Shown here: positions 13,101-26,989 of the stretch, piece by piece | How positions within the stretch are numbered: the stretch's first letter is position 1 | How the letters are laid out: every line of letters starts with the position of its first letter | Assembly: GCF_001194135.2 (NCBI RefSeq) | Contig: NC_068983.1 | Coordinates: 111,000,264-111,033,677 of the forward strand | Direction of reading: 5' to 3' | Length of the DNA: 33,414 bases | Source: Octopus bimaculoides | Taxonomy: Eukaryota | The notes under the pieces: model-generated | Database searches by the model: none | Seen by the model: the letters and a program-made list of their open reading frames with translations, nothing else | What the model was told of the DNA's origin: nothing | Position numbers and translations under genes: made by a program

Positions 13101-14014
13101 TCACTTACGAGGGGTCATTGTAATTGCAATAAGTTGTAGTTAAATCTTTCTTAAAATAGAAACTGCTTCCTTAAAATTGGGAAGGGCATATTAAATAGGC
13201 GGTCTAGATACCTTTACGTATCCAAGACAGGATGATCATAGCTGGAATGCGTTTAATCAAAGGACTACTCGAACATAGCTCTCAGCAACCCCAGCGATAT
13301 GGCGTATGAGATATGTTCCTGTATTCACTTGATCCTAATGCTCGTAAAATTAGCTAGTTTTTATGACATAGTAGCATATAACAGTTTACAAGCAATATTA
13401 ATTTTCCCGATATAGGAACATTTACTAACAAGAATCTCCTTAACTTGTATAAATAACTTAACCGAATGATCTTTATACATGTTTTAAATGTACATATTTT
13501 AAACTTTAACTAGTTTACTTTCAATTGTGTGAGTAGAAACGAATTGTTTATAATCGCTTACAAATAAGCAGGATAGCAAGAAGTATATATCTAAGATGAT
13601 ATATATAGATGGTACTAGTGTCATTCATTGCGTTCCGAACTAAACAATCACTTGAATCTCACTGCGTTTGTGACGATGAAGATGATAAGGAAGTATCTGT
13701 CACTTGAAAGAGACAATTATAGCAAGGGGCATTTTTTTTTCAAAGTAAAGAACGATCTGTTCTCATCTATGCTTACATTCTGCACCAATATACATCATAT
13801 AAGCAAGATATGATAACTTCAAGAAACAGACACGCATGTGCACACGCATACACAAAAACATACACGTATTATATTTCTTTCTTTCTCTCTTTCTCTCTAT
13901 CATACACGTATATATGTATGTGTGCATGTATATATACGACTGATTTACGTATAGTTTCCCTTTATAAGATTCTATGTAAATGGTTGTGGTCAATGCGACC
14001 TTGTGACTGAAACA

Positions 14015-14095
14015 TCAAACCAAGTTGCTGGACGATGCGGTTGAACCTAGAATCACGTTTGGTAACCAAACTGTTTAACAATAACAGACGTACTT
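14015..14095 (-). mobile_element. Short degenerate family A SINE fragment
   Basis: gatgcggttgaacctagaatcacgtttggtaaccaaactgtttaac resembles gtgggactgaacccagaaccacgttg...agcaagctacttac of family A. Confidence 0.4.
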
Positions 14096-15399
14096 GAATC
14101 TATATGATATCATAAAAGACATTTAAATACAATTTCCGAATCAAGTATCATTAATTTAATCACTTCATTCAGAACAAATAAGAAAGCAAGATATTTTTAT
14201 GTTTTGTGAGAGTTCATTGGCGAAGCAGCGAATGCCCTTTCCGAAGTACAGATGAGTGAATTACTTAGTAGCAGAGCAATATCCTAGACAAGTAACCATA
14301 AAAATTAACTTATTCAAAATATAATTTGCGCATTTTCACCATTTTTTTTTCGGAATTTGGTTATCTTTTACCTTTTACATTCATTCATTTATTATCTGTT
14401 TATATTTTATGCAAATGTTTGTCTAATTTTATTTCAAAATGTCGGATTCAAGAGTCCATCTTTCCTAGGTGAAATATTATTTATTTACCAACTAGATTTA
14501 TGACTGCTTTATTTCGCAACGTCTTCTTCTTATACTATTTTCTTGCGTCTACCTTTTTGTTTGTTTCATTTATCGATGTATGAACAGGACAATATAATCT
14601 GATTTCATACTCTACTGGAATCTGTTTTTCCTTAAATAGCAGATCTGAGTACCAACTAGAAACACTGCTGTTTAATTTAGTTGATCCAACCGGAAGCAGC
14701 ATTTACTGTGCCAGCTAACTGTTTTATAAGAAATCAGCTATTTGTATATAATGCGTTAACGATTTCTCAGCAGTGGATTCTAAGAAGTATAAAAACCTTC
14801 TATGAATGGTTATCTCTTTTTACAGATATTTCAGTGTAATGGCCCAGAAGAGATCTAATCGCAAATAAATGCTTTTGTTATGATACAAAATACAAAAATG
14901 TAGTTAATAAAAGGCAGAGTATAATTCGTAATAATCTATTCTTTTGTCACGAACGTTGTCAATAAAATATGTAACAATCTTTTCAGTTCTTTTGTCTATA
15001 TCAAATACACTTCTGGCGATCAAATTTGTATTTTCCCATTTCCATTTCGATTTCCGAATAATATTTTTTATAGAAACTATTCTTTGATGTATTTCACTCT
15101 TCATTTATTATTATTTTTTTTTTTCAATTTTTTTTTCTACTGGATTATGTTTCTTAGAATGGAAGATTTGTTTATGCGAATTATTTACAAGGGAAATATA
15201 GAATAATGGTACTCTAATGTATCAATATATTTTATTGTTCTAGATTCTTTTACTCCGCCTCATTTGATCTCCATAGTCATAGTTGAGCACCAATTGCTAG
15301 TGGAACAATATAAATATGTGGAGGCAGTATAATCATTATTATATTGTTGCCGTTATTTTTCTCACAGTTAACATAGCTAATCGCGGTAAAAGCGGTAGC

Positions 15400-15458
15400 A
15401 GGAGCAATAGCAATCGTAGAAGTGGTGATGATGGTAGTAGTGATGATGATAATGTTGA

Positions 15459-15500
<42 letters not shown>

Positions 15501-15537
15501 TGGTGGTGGTGGTGGTGGTGGCAGCAACAACAACAAT
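15400..15537. repeat. Compound (AGC/GAT/AGT)n-(GGT)n-(AAC)n microsatellite
   Basis: Directly visible; accounts for ORFs 15277..15582, 15316..15606 and 15339..15668. Confidence 0.9.
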
Positions 15538-17975
15538 ACCTTTTCCCAACTGATGATGAATTGTCTTGTGCATACTATGCAATTCTCCCTACGGCAAATT
15601 AGTTGAATGCAAATACCCCTTACACTTATATTAGTAGTCCTTTTGGCGATCATATCATTGTTTGTCATTTTCTATGTAAATGAACGAAATCTATATCTTG
15701 TGACTCAAATTTGAATAGCCTGTAAGAAGTGTTCAGATGGTCTAGTGACGTGTATATGTATGCAAGAATTATGCATTAATGAAAATATTAGCCCACAGTT
15801 TATCACAAAGAATACTTCATCTCGGGCTCCTATTTTCATAAATTGAACTATCGGAAGTAATTTAGGGAAATCTGTTTTCTCGATAAACACTATTAACCTG
15901 GTGGTATTATTAATGTAATAACAGTTTGTTTCATTGGCATAGATCGAAAATGGGCTGCCATAGTCATTCATCATATCAGTAAACAGTTATACTCAGCGGT
16001 ATAATACTTCTACATTCAGCTAAATATCTTTAGAAATTGACTGTGCTTTAGCGATAATACACAAAGTGTCTTTATGAATAACTTTCTTAAGTATAACTCG
16101 ATGTCTTTAACATGGGAAGAATTCCTCTGCGCACTCAAACAATATAGCATCTATGTACGGGGAAAGTAAACACGTTGAAAACTAATAATATTGGACAGTT
16201 AAAGAGAAATGCGCAATGATAATGAGATGAATTTACAAATGTTTTTGAAACGTAAGAATCCAATAAAGGTTCAGTATGAAAGTGAAAGGCGATGAAATCT
16301 CCATTCTTACAAGAGGAGGAAAGAGGGGGAATAAGTGATTGGAAATAAAAATTAATGAAAGAACTGGATGAAGCGCAAATAAAATTTTCTCGAGTTACTG
16401 AATAGAAAGAAGAGTTGCAAATGAAAACCTCAAAGAATATGAGAAAATCTAATCAATAAATCGAAAATTGATGGAATCCTAATATTAAATACACGATAAA
16501 GATAGATTATAATCCAAATTCTGCTTTTGGAACATTTACTTCAGATTTACATGATGAAATATTACATTTATAGATTCACAAGAACTTACATCCAGTTTTT
16601 AATATATTTGGTTGAAGCTTCGTGTAATATAATTAGAGGGCATAGATTTAATTACTGAAATCACATAAGATTTTTAGAAATTCATGATTTCTTGCACTGC
16701 AGGATTGTAAAATGGTCTCTCGTTCCATATTTTCTATTTTTCTTTTATATGTTTGAAATAAATTAATGATTATTTCAAAATTATGGAATAGAGACGGAAA
16801 TCGTGAATTATTTCTCTGTATTTAAAAGAAAAAAAACTTGATAATATGACAACTGATTTTGATATAATATGTAACAAATGTGAATGTTATCACCAACTAA
16901 GAAATATATAATGCAGCTATTGTCAATTTTATCCGATCGCAGATTACCTTCATGTCGTAACAGCAATCAAGCTGTAATTGAGAAATCTCGTAAATAAATA
17001 CGATACGAATTGTAGCGTTATAAATAAAAGCAAATGCCATCTATATTTGCATGTTCATTAGAGTAGAGTATGAGCTTATCTCTTGTCATAAGTTTAAAAT
17101 TCTTTCGAAGACCGACGGCAAATTTATATTAAATGTAAGTATGCGTGTACAGGAGTAACTGAATCTCTAGAATAATATAAATTGTCAAAATTAATAACCC
17201 CACGCAGGATATATATTGTATTTCTTATAAAAACTCCGAAAAGATAAGATACAGACCTAACATTGAGAAAAATTTAACGGTCAATGCGAGAAAATTAATG
17301 TAAAAGTCGTCCAGCTAAGCTAGTTAATTTATCGGTCAAAAGAGTAGAAACGCTAAAGATGAAACCAATAGGTTTTGAATTAAGTAGGAAGAATCTAAAT
17401 ATTATTATGCATTTATACCAGAATTGTGCTCAATACTTAAGTTAATATATTTTGCATTGGTCTATCATAAGCGCGATAAAATATGTTTGGGGAAGGTGTA
17501 TTTTATTGATTCTACTAGGTTGAAATAAAAAATTGACATTGGTGGGTTTTAAGATGGGAATGCTATAATAATGTCATAAATTAACAAAAGGCATTGAGAA
17601 TGATACTCTAATAATTCTTCAATCAAGTGCTCTTAAAGGTAGCTGCTTATGCTTTTATCGGAGTCATTATCTTCAACTAAGAATCAAATTCCGAAAAGCT
17701 ATGAGTTACGTCTTGCTAAATTAAGGTAAATAAGTGTCTAGATTATCGTAAATATCTAGAAGTATTGAAAATATTTAATGTGAGGGACTTATATATTAAT
17801 GAAGGAGGCTTGAGGGAAAATAACATTAGTTGTTTCTGTTTCTATTTAAGGTCTCTTAAAATATAAGTAGATAATTATTTATGTAGATAGTTTTAGTACA
17901 TTAACAAGTTTTATTAACACTTTGTGTTATCAGAAGCAGCCAGTATTTTTATTTTATTTGTATTATCAGAAGTAG

Positions 17976-17977
<2 letters not shown>

Positions 17978-18008
<31 letters not shown>
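17978..18008. repeat. (AT)n microsatellite
   Basis: Perfect run. Confidence 0.95.
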
Positions 18009-18010
<2 letters not shown>

Positions 18011-19094
18011 TAATAAGCAACACCATGTAAACATCCTATACATAGTCTCACATTGTCGACAGAAACCAAATCAGGGCGTCAACTCTAATAATATATAGTT
18101 ATATATATATGATGAATGATATTAGAAGTGTTGATATATATTAACTTGCCATTATCAGCTCTGCGAAAGTAGAATTTGCCAAGTGCAAATGCATATTAGT
18201 TGAGATACAAGAAAGTAAATACAATTATGTAGCGTAGACTGATATTTATTTCCGGGTTATAATTTCTAAAGTTTTCTCCATAATTGTTTTTAACTGATTT
18301 ATTTTGCCTTTTGAGAGCTGACCCAGCAAATAACACTTAAGGGCATTGTTGTACGAGCAAGACGAAACATATATGTCCTAGAGCTTTATCTGATACGACT
18401 GTCTTCCTATCTTAATCTGTAAAAGAGCTAATTATCTTCCGACAGCGTAATATTAAACAATTTAAGAAACCGAACTGATAATCAACAATATAAAAATATA
18501 GCAAAGAATTATATATAATTCATTCAAAACTTTGACGAGAAATAACGTTGCAGTAATAAAATCGCCTCTAGCAAAAGGAATCATTTTTGATATTAAATCA
18601 ATATTTGTTGAAGAAGCAATAGCAATTATTTGTAGATTATTTTCGTTTTATAATTGGTAATAAACATACCTTAAATTTAGTCATTATATTTTTAATTATT
18701 ACTGATTTTCTAATGTTTGAATGTAATAATTTTGAACTTTAAAAATAAGTTTTTATCATACTCAAGTATTACTTGGATATATTATGACAGCATAGTACAA
18801 ATTGGGGCTTTTATGCCATTTACTGATGCACATGTATTACAGGATATAATTATATAAAGCAATGTCAGATCCTTCCAATAACGCTCTTGAATTTTAGAGC
18901 AATAATGAACGTATTTTAGAGTTCAAAACAATCTTTCAATAAGCTATTGAAATAGACGAGAGCAAGGTTATATAACTTCACATTTACGTGGATTGTTCCG
19001 AGATAACTTAAAGCGGCCATATTTTGCTTTCTTTAACTGACACATATCCTCCAATTTATTCCTGTACATGGACTAACCTTTTCTCTATACTAAC

Positions 19095-20149
19095 ACTTTC
19101 AGGAAGAAGAAATGTACAGTTATTAAGTTATTGACATAGATATTGTGAAGACTGTCTGACATTCACAGAAGGTTACAGTTTGTTTACGAAAATAACATCA
19201 TTGTCAAGAGCTATAGGTACAGATGGATAGAAACATTTAAAGAAAAGTGCGATTCGCCAGTCAGTGGACCAAACGCCAGCAAGCGGGCGGGCGTGTCACA
19301 ATCCGTGAGGTAATTATACGACAGGACTGTAGTCACAATGCATTGCAGAAGAGATTGGAAAAATGAGTATAGGAAATTGTGTGCAAAGTGGGTATCACGG
19401 TCGTTGACTCATGATTTGAGGAGAGACGGGTAGAAATCTGCTATGATCAACTAGAAACGTTTAATGAGGACAACATTTTTCCTGGTCTGGTTTTGTAACC
19501 AGACGAAAATAAGCCGTATATTCATGATCCGGAAACGAAGGCTCACTCCAGAAAATAGGGGTTATTCCTATACTTCAAGGCCTAAGAATTTCAAAACGCA
19601 GCAACTGGTAAATCACGGTGACTGTTTTGGTAGATGCCAAGATCCTTATTTTAATTTTCTGGACTGTGTCTGTGCTGTGAACACAAAGTATATTCGGACA
19701 TACAAAAATATTAAAGAAACCATTAGGAGGAACAGACCGACCAAGATCTGAAAGCCATTCAAATTTCTCGTGATAACCCTTGATCATATACATTTCCGGC
19801 AACAAGTCAGACTGGTTAGTCAACTCCTATCCCTCATACACTCCGAATATGGTTCCTACAGAGTTCCACTTCTTTTCTTCATTGAAGGACAACCATCAAG
19901 AGCAGAGGTTTGGCAACACAGAGCAGGTGGAAGTTCTGTGAAGAAGTGGATACAACAGAGACACTTCAATTTATTCAATGAACTCTCGGGAAGAATTTAC
20001 CGATGACGTAAATGCAACTTTTGTGAGGGAGACTATGTTGAACACTACCTTCATACAGAGGAAGATTTTCAACATATACAAATTCGACAACCTTTGTAAG
20101 TCAATATAAAGTATATTCAATTTACATTGCTTTCAAGATAACTCTCGTA
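19095..20149 (+). mobile_element. Degenerate mariner transposon 2; transposase pseudogene
   Basis: Plus-strand fragments across stops and frameshifts: LSDIHRRLQFVY, YRWIETFKE, RKLCAKWVSRSLTH (WVPxxL), DENKPYIHDPETK (first catalytic region), IKETIRRNRP, YPSYTPNMVPTEFHFFSSLKD (YSPDLAPSDFHLF motif), VKKWIQQR, CEGDYVE. The right terminus ...caagataactctcg+TA ends at 20149. The left boundary is approximate. Confidence 0.9.
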
Positions 20150-22943
20150 ACTTTAATTCCGTAATTGTCACAATGTTTATAGTGTAAAAAGTTAGAATAA
20201 CTCACAGCATTATTCGAATCTTAGTCCGAAAAGCTAACAATTATTCAGGCTAAATCTGTTGATAATTTTCTTTTTTTCCTGTTTCGTAGTAAAGACATTT
20301 GGCTACAAAAAAGCAATGTTGAGTCATATACAATTAAAATTATTGATTTATAATTTACCAGCGTAATATTGCTTATATGTTGAAAGACACTATATGAAAA
20401 GGAACGTTTTCGTCTGTAAATTAAAACACATATTTATCTCGGTACGCCGAAATTTTACTTTCTGCTCTATGACACTCATGACTAAAAAAATTACTAAGCA
20501 GTATCAAATCATACCATAAAAGATTCTGTTTGAAATTAAATAGTAAAGCAAACCAGAAATCACAAAACAATTTAGATGGGTATTAGTCCTGTGTCAAGTT
20601 CATGCATGCCTTAATGCAATTCAGAGCAAAAATAATAAAGGAAATGTCAACAAAGAAAACTCTGGAGCTACTCAAACATTTTGATCACTGGTTCTGATTA
20701 AGTATATTTTGTTTTACAGCACTTAACAATGTGATATTAGGTGGTGGTTTCTTTTAATAAGTCACGAAGTCCTATTAAAAAAAGTAAATGGAGTACATAC
20801 GCCTGTGAATAACTTGATATGTGATGCAAAATGGATTTCATCTAGAATACAAATCTTGTTATATATCTGCAAACAAGTCATGCGTCTTTGTACGGCAGTA
20901 CTTAATACTTAGAAAATAAATATGAATCTGTACCGAAAATGTTAAGTAACCTGGTATAAGTTTGATTTTTTTATCTGCTGGAAAAGTTACAAGAAAAAAT
21001 TATTTTCAGACAATGTTTACACAGTTATTTCAGTTGTGATACTTGATAAGCTTTATATTTACCGTAGCATATACATATCCATTTCAAATATAAATTGGAC
21101 ATTTATAAAAGAAGTATCGATTACAGAATCCCGTGTGGAAGCAATGAACAATCGAGATGATAGCAACTGTAATGACATCACCTAGTGATAAAATCAGTAG
21201 TCTAAAATTTTAAAAACCTGTACACTCAGAGTTATATATATATATTTGCTATCAATTGAACATTGCTTTTTTACTAGAGACAGTGACAGAGATATCTTTT
21301 GCTTCCTGTTACTGCTGAATCCAGTATATCTTCTATAAAAAGTATGCGTAATAAATGAGTTGCTCATTCTAGGAAGTATTCATCTTATTTGCTTAATGCT
21401 ATATACATTTGAATAAATAAAGTTTTGTTTTGAGGTCACAGCGAAGCAATCCTCTTCTGTTTCTGTATCGAAAAATGATTAAGTAATGCGAATTATAAGT
21501 AACTGCAGTGAATACGTTTTATTACAGTTTCATTATAAATGTTGTTTAAAACATCTTATAAGAATTTTCAAGATATATGTATCTGCTTTCGTAATTTGGG
21601 TGAGATTTGACAGGGGGTATGTAGGTTTTGCATCAAAGAATGTATTGAAAATTTATTTCAAATATTTATATTATTATTATTTGAAACCAATAGGATGAAA
21701 AAGCATTAGCCCAATACAAATATACTTGATACAATTGAAAGGTTTTATGTACCTTAGCAGTTACAAACTGAAAATATTTTTTGCATAGATTGTCGACATT
21801 TTGAAAGAATAGACCACTGAATATTGTCAGCAGTCATGCTTTTCTTTCTTCCTTCCTCAGTTGTTCTACGGAAATTCAGTCTTAAATTAAATTTATGGCA
21901 TATGACATTAAAACGCTCGAGAATCCTGATATTCTAATATGAAGGGAAGACTAAGGAGCTGATTTTATAAGGGGCATCATTCAATCAATTTATCAACTAA
22001 GACAGTGTACAGAACTTCAACATAGTTGGAATATGGTGAGAATCAATAATATGATGTCAACACATGCTATAGCGCTGGAGGTGGGAAATCAAGGGAAGAG
22101 ATCGACAACCATTTACCAACTCTACATGATTCTCATATTCCATTTATAATGTTGCCAATGCCATATAATATCTAAGGATTTTATAGGTTTCGGATGGAAC
22201 GTGCTAGAGTATTAATGCCACTTTCTTTCTTGATATGAAGAGGAATTAAGTATTAATTAACAACTTTTGATATAATTGAATTATAATATAATATTTAACA
22301 ATACTGACGTGTTTCATTATTCATTTTCTGTGATATGTATGTCTTCTGTTCTCAGCAAACATTTTCATAATTTTCACAATTCTTTTACATCAGATAACGA
22401 AGCCTAAAAATAAAGTGCATAAAAGTTGTGTAATTCCTATCAACTAGATTGAGATCATAAAATGCCTTTAGTATGGCAAAAATACATCCAAATATGATGC
22501 ATGTCTAAGATACCTTGAAGTGTTGACTCGCCGCTCTCTCCAAAATAATCATTCGTAACCAAGACAAAATGTATTAACCTGGAAGGTAAATTTCTATAAT
22601 CTTCATATCTCTGATAAATATCATCCATTACCTTTCTCTCGCAAACTATTTTACCTTAGGCAAAAGATTCTCTGAAGCCAAATGCCTATATTTGAAGAAA
22701 AATATCATGTTCTTTCTTTAACTCAATTAGAGTAAATATAGCACAGTGCAAAAGTCTGTTCAAACAACGAATATCGAAAATACGACATTGCAATATTTCT
22801 CTTTAGGTGTCATTTTACATTCTTTTAGACTAATGTATAAGTTACATTTTAAAATGTTTTTCAAACTCAAAAAATTACCAGTATTAGAGCTGTGCAATAA
22901 CACAAATACATAAATATTTGTCTTTCATATTATTTTTGCCTCT

Positions 22944-23380
22944 AAGGCGGCGAGCTGGCAGAAACTTTAGCACACCGATCGAAATGCATAGCGGTATTTC
23001 GTCTGCCGTTACGTTCTGAGTTCAAATTCCGCCGAGTTCGACTTTGCCTTTCCCTCCTTTCGGGGTCGATTAAATAAGTACCGGTTACGCACTATGGTCG
23101 ATATAATTGACTTAATCCGTTTGTCTGTCCTTGTTTGTCCTCTCTGTGTGTAGCCCCTTGTGAGCAGTAAGGAAATAAGAAACGTTAGCACGCCGGACAA
23201 AATGCTTAACTGTATTTCGTCTGTCTTTACGTTCTGAGTTCAAATTCCGCCGAGGTCGACTTTGCCTTCCATCCTTTCGGGGTCGGTAAATTAAGCACCA
23301 GTTACGTACTGGTGTCAATCTAATCGACTAGCCCCTCCCCCAAAATTTCAGGCCTTGTGCCTAGAGTAGAAGAGAATTAT
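22944..23380 (+). mobile_element. Tandem dimer of family B SINEs (complete monomer plus 5'-clipped monomer with a different tail)
   Basis: Unit 1 (22944-23180): aaggcggcgagctggcagaa...gagttcaaattcc (B-box)...gactttgcctttccctcctttcggggtcgattaaataagtacc. Unit 2 (23181-23380) restarts at aacgttagcacgccgg and repeats the B-box and central domain. From recall, the central domain resembles the Meta/MESC-type domain shared among metazoan SINEs; this needs a Dfam/Repbase check. Confidence 0.9.
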
Positions 23381-24007
23381 ATTTTCCCTCTGTTGATTAA
23401 TTCAGACACAACCCTGATTTGTAGCTAAGTAGGCGATAGTATAAATACCATAAAAAATAAAGTGTGTTTTCTATTTTGATAATATCAATTAAATTATATT
23501 TGTACGGTGTACAACAAGAGACAATTGATCTCTCTTGTCCCGAGGCATTTTGGCAACAGAAACACATTGTTACTTGCAAATTTGTTGAATTAACACAGAT
23601 AATTGGTTTCCTGTCCTTGCTAAATTTAAAAGAGACATTAATATACTCACAAAATTTCAAAACATTGCAGACAGATTATAATATTTACTGTTCAGATAAT
23701 TTCACTTCTAAAGTCTGATTCTCAATAAATTATACTCCAAGTTTGAAAATAAAAGTAGCCTTAAAATACAGGCGCTTATTATCATACGTGGGCATTGTGT
23801 AAGGATGGTCATTTTCCGTCTTCAAATCGACTTATCAAATTGGCAGTAACTGTAATAGATAGGCCGAATTTTTTGAAGATCTTTATCAGATCCTTCCTAC
23901 TTTTCCATAGTATGGTCGTTCATATTGTTTTGCGTTGCTAGGCTACCAGCGCTATACTGGATCGAACTATAGAGTTGTGTGTACTTCCGTACACACATAT
24001 ATACGTT

Positions 24008-24164
24008 GGGCTTCTGTCACTTTCTGTTTACTAATTCTACTCAATAGGCTGGGTCGGCTCAGGGCTAAAGTAGTAAACACACGCCCATGTTGTCACGCAG
24101 TGGGACGTGGGACTGAACCCACAAACCATGTGGTTGGAAAGCAAGCTTCTTATTACATAGCAAC
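24008..24164 (-). mobile_element. 5' half of a family A CORE-type SINE, diverged
   Basis: Co-linear with 898-1050; about three-quarters identical over ~100 nt by manual alignment to the reverse complement of the copy at 24266. Confidence 0.85.
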
Positions 24165-24265
24165 AACAATAATACGTAACTACTGAGACACAAATAAAAC
24201 AAGTATATGCACCTATCCGTTAATAACACACATATTATACACCTATCCGTTAATAATACATTGCT

Positions 24266-24783
<518 letters not shown>

Positions 24784-24863
24784 AGTATATATACAAACGT
24801 GCATGCAAATACAAGTAGAAAACATATTTATATATATCCACATGAATTAACAAATACATATAC

Positions 24864-25442
24864 AAAATAGCTAGTTGTAAAAATCTCAAGAAGTGATAGA
24901 CTAGTAACTATACTCAACAGTAAAGCCAGTCGCTACCTCAAAGTGGCTGTTGAATGTTAGCCGTTGTTTAACCCTAGGCAGATTCTCCGCCAGCTGGTTT
25001 TCGGTGCAACACCCTGCAGCTTTTATATATGTATGCAACATTTTGTTAGCGGTGGGGTGAACACATACCACCCTCCAGCAGATAGTTACTAGTCTATCTC
25101 TTCTAGTGATTTTATAAATAGCTATTTTGCTTGTTGCAAATCAGTGACCGATGGTCACTTTGTTTACAATATATTGTTAGTGGTTGCGGACTCTGACTAT
25201 AACTATAGCATGCAGGTGCTCGTGATTGGAGATGGACCAAATAGCTCGAAACTGAGCCAGTTCCGTGATGCTGTTATCTGCTGCAGGGTGATAGGGGTTC
25301 GTCTCCCACAACCGCTAACAATATATTGTATATATAGGGTGCAGAGTGTTGCACTGATAACCAACTGGCGGAGAATCTGCCTGGGGTTAAACTAGTAGTA
25401 ACATTCAACGGTCACTTTGATGTGACGACTAGCTTTACTGTT
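24864..25442. repeat. Multi-inverted-repeat (foldback/MITE-like) element
   Basis: A (24864-24911) versus A' (25082-25128): 42/48. B (24916-25084) versus B' (25275-25442): outer 103 nt 87/103 ungapped, continuing inward with gaps. C (25165-25189) versus 25306-25330: 23/25. Hairpin agtgacc-gat-ggtcact at 25143-25159. Confidence 0.85.
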
Positions 25443-25634
25443 TAACATATGAATACTTATGTATACATATGCATACTTGCGTATACATATGTGTGTTTGC
25501 ATATATGCTTACATGCGCATAGTGTATGGCGGTGGATAAACAGGAAAAATGTAGTTACATATATACAAGTGTGCACTCAAATGGTTACTCCGTGGCTGAG
25601 ATTACATGCGCAACGTAAAGAGATATAACAACTA

Positions 25635-25667
25635 NNNNNNNNNNNNNNNNNNNNNNNNNNNNNNNNN
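25635..25667. other. Assembly gap (33 N) flanked by an identical 126-bp duplication
   Basis: 25509-25634 is identical to 25668-25793. Confidence 0.9.
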
Positions 25668-26989
25668 TTACATGCGCATAGTGTATGGCGGTGGATAAAC
25701 AGGAAAAATGTAGTTACATATATACAAGTGTGCACTCAAATGGTTACTCCGTGGCTGAGATTACATGCGCAACGTAAAGAGATATAACAACTAACATACT
25801 AATAGGGATATACGTAATGTAATATATCTACACATAAATCGCTTTACTCTTAGCGAATACTATGCACTAGCATGCATTGCATACACATGTATGACCGTAT
25901 ACAAGTGTAAATGCACTAAGCAAATACGTAAACGTATATGAGAGCGCGATACAAACACACACACCTACATACACACACACATACACTAACATACGCACGC
26001 ACGCACACACACACACATTAAAGAGAGAATAGATGAAAGTGAACCTAGGAAACACAAAATGCAAATTATGAAATACAGTGCGAATAGAAATAGGAAAATA
26101 TGAAAGTGACAGATAAATGAAACGTCAATCGGAATACAGAAATAAAAGGACCAAGTGCAAAAAATAATAATCTCTGTGATTTGTACTATGAATGTAGGTA
26201 AAAGTAAAGAGAAAAGCGTCTGCACATGACAAGGCCGACGTAAGTCATTAATAACATTCTGATATATGAACTTTATTAATACAAATCCGGAATTAATGCA
26301 ATATTAAGGAAGGAAGCCAGTACTGGGAGAGATTCCTAGGAAAAGATAATTTAAACATACAAAGAAACTGCTTGACACCAAGCAAAGAGTTCTTTGTGTC
26401 TTTGCAGATATGAATTGTAATAGTTAGATATGTTGCGTATAGAAACCAGATGCAAGTAATAACTTCCTGTATACTTGCTTCTGTAAGGAGCATGCGTAAA
26501 GGCGGAGGAGGGATGAAAGAAAGAAAAAATGCAGACGGAAAATGAATGAAACAAAAACGCAAATGACGAACGAGAAGGATAGAGAACTGATATTGAAGGT
26601 GAAGAAAATCTGAAATATTTTTGCTTATGCATGCTAAATTCCTCCTATTTATTCTCGCTGAAGAAAGTTTTCTACTGCCCTGTGACAAATCAGTTAGAAT
26701 TTCTAAGACTTTTTCCAGAAAAATTCAGAATTGTAGCTACATGTACCTGCATGCATACATTCATAGACACACGCACACATTTAACCCTGTGTGTGTGTGT
26801 GTGTGCACGCGCGTGTTTGCTTGTGCTGCCCTGTGAGATAAATTTGTTTATTTCTTCCTAATTTGTAATGTTATTTGAATTAACACGAAATTTTTAGCGT
26901 TGTATTTCATGGTTTTTGCAACTGTAATCTTCCTCTACAACTTTTCCTTATTAGTTTTAAAATTTTAATATATTATACCTCTTTTAAGA

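Noticed and set aside
13105-13125. TACGAGGGGTCA resembling a mariner terminus
   Set aside because: Too short, with no partner TIR or transposase sequence nearby.
14904-15104. 66-aa minus-strand ORF with IKNIIRKSKWKW, faintly like the C-terminal region of RTE LINE ORF2
   Set aside because: The similarity covers about a dozen residues in AT-rich sequence, and no RT motifs are adjacent.
15705-15974. 89-aa ATG ORF with two N-glycosylation sequons and a faint resemblance to a periplasmic-binding-fold strand-helix
   Set aside because: In-frame stops lie just upstream, there is no usable splice acceptor or donor, and the similarity is at chance level.
17921-17982. 26-bp direct repeat pair (period 36); also a 17-bp pair at 24210-24256 (period 30)
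   Set aside because: Only two units each, consistent with ordinary local slippage duplications. Not CRISPR-like arrays.
23772-23875. Frame reading YYHTWALCKDGHFPSSNRLIKLAVTVIDRPNF, reminiscent of a cadherin repeat end
   Set aside because: It lacks the DxNDN and LDRE calcium-binding motifs, has a poor acceptor and a stop just upstream. Octopus protocadherin ectodomains are normally encoded in long ORFs.
25509-25793. Exact 126-bp direct repeat
   Set aside because: The copies are 100% identical and sit directly on either side of a 33-N gap, the signature of an unmerged contig overlap (assembly artefact).
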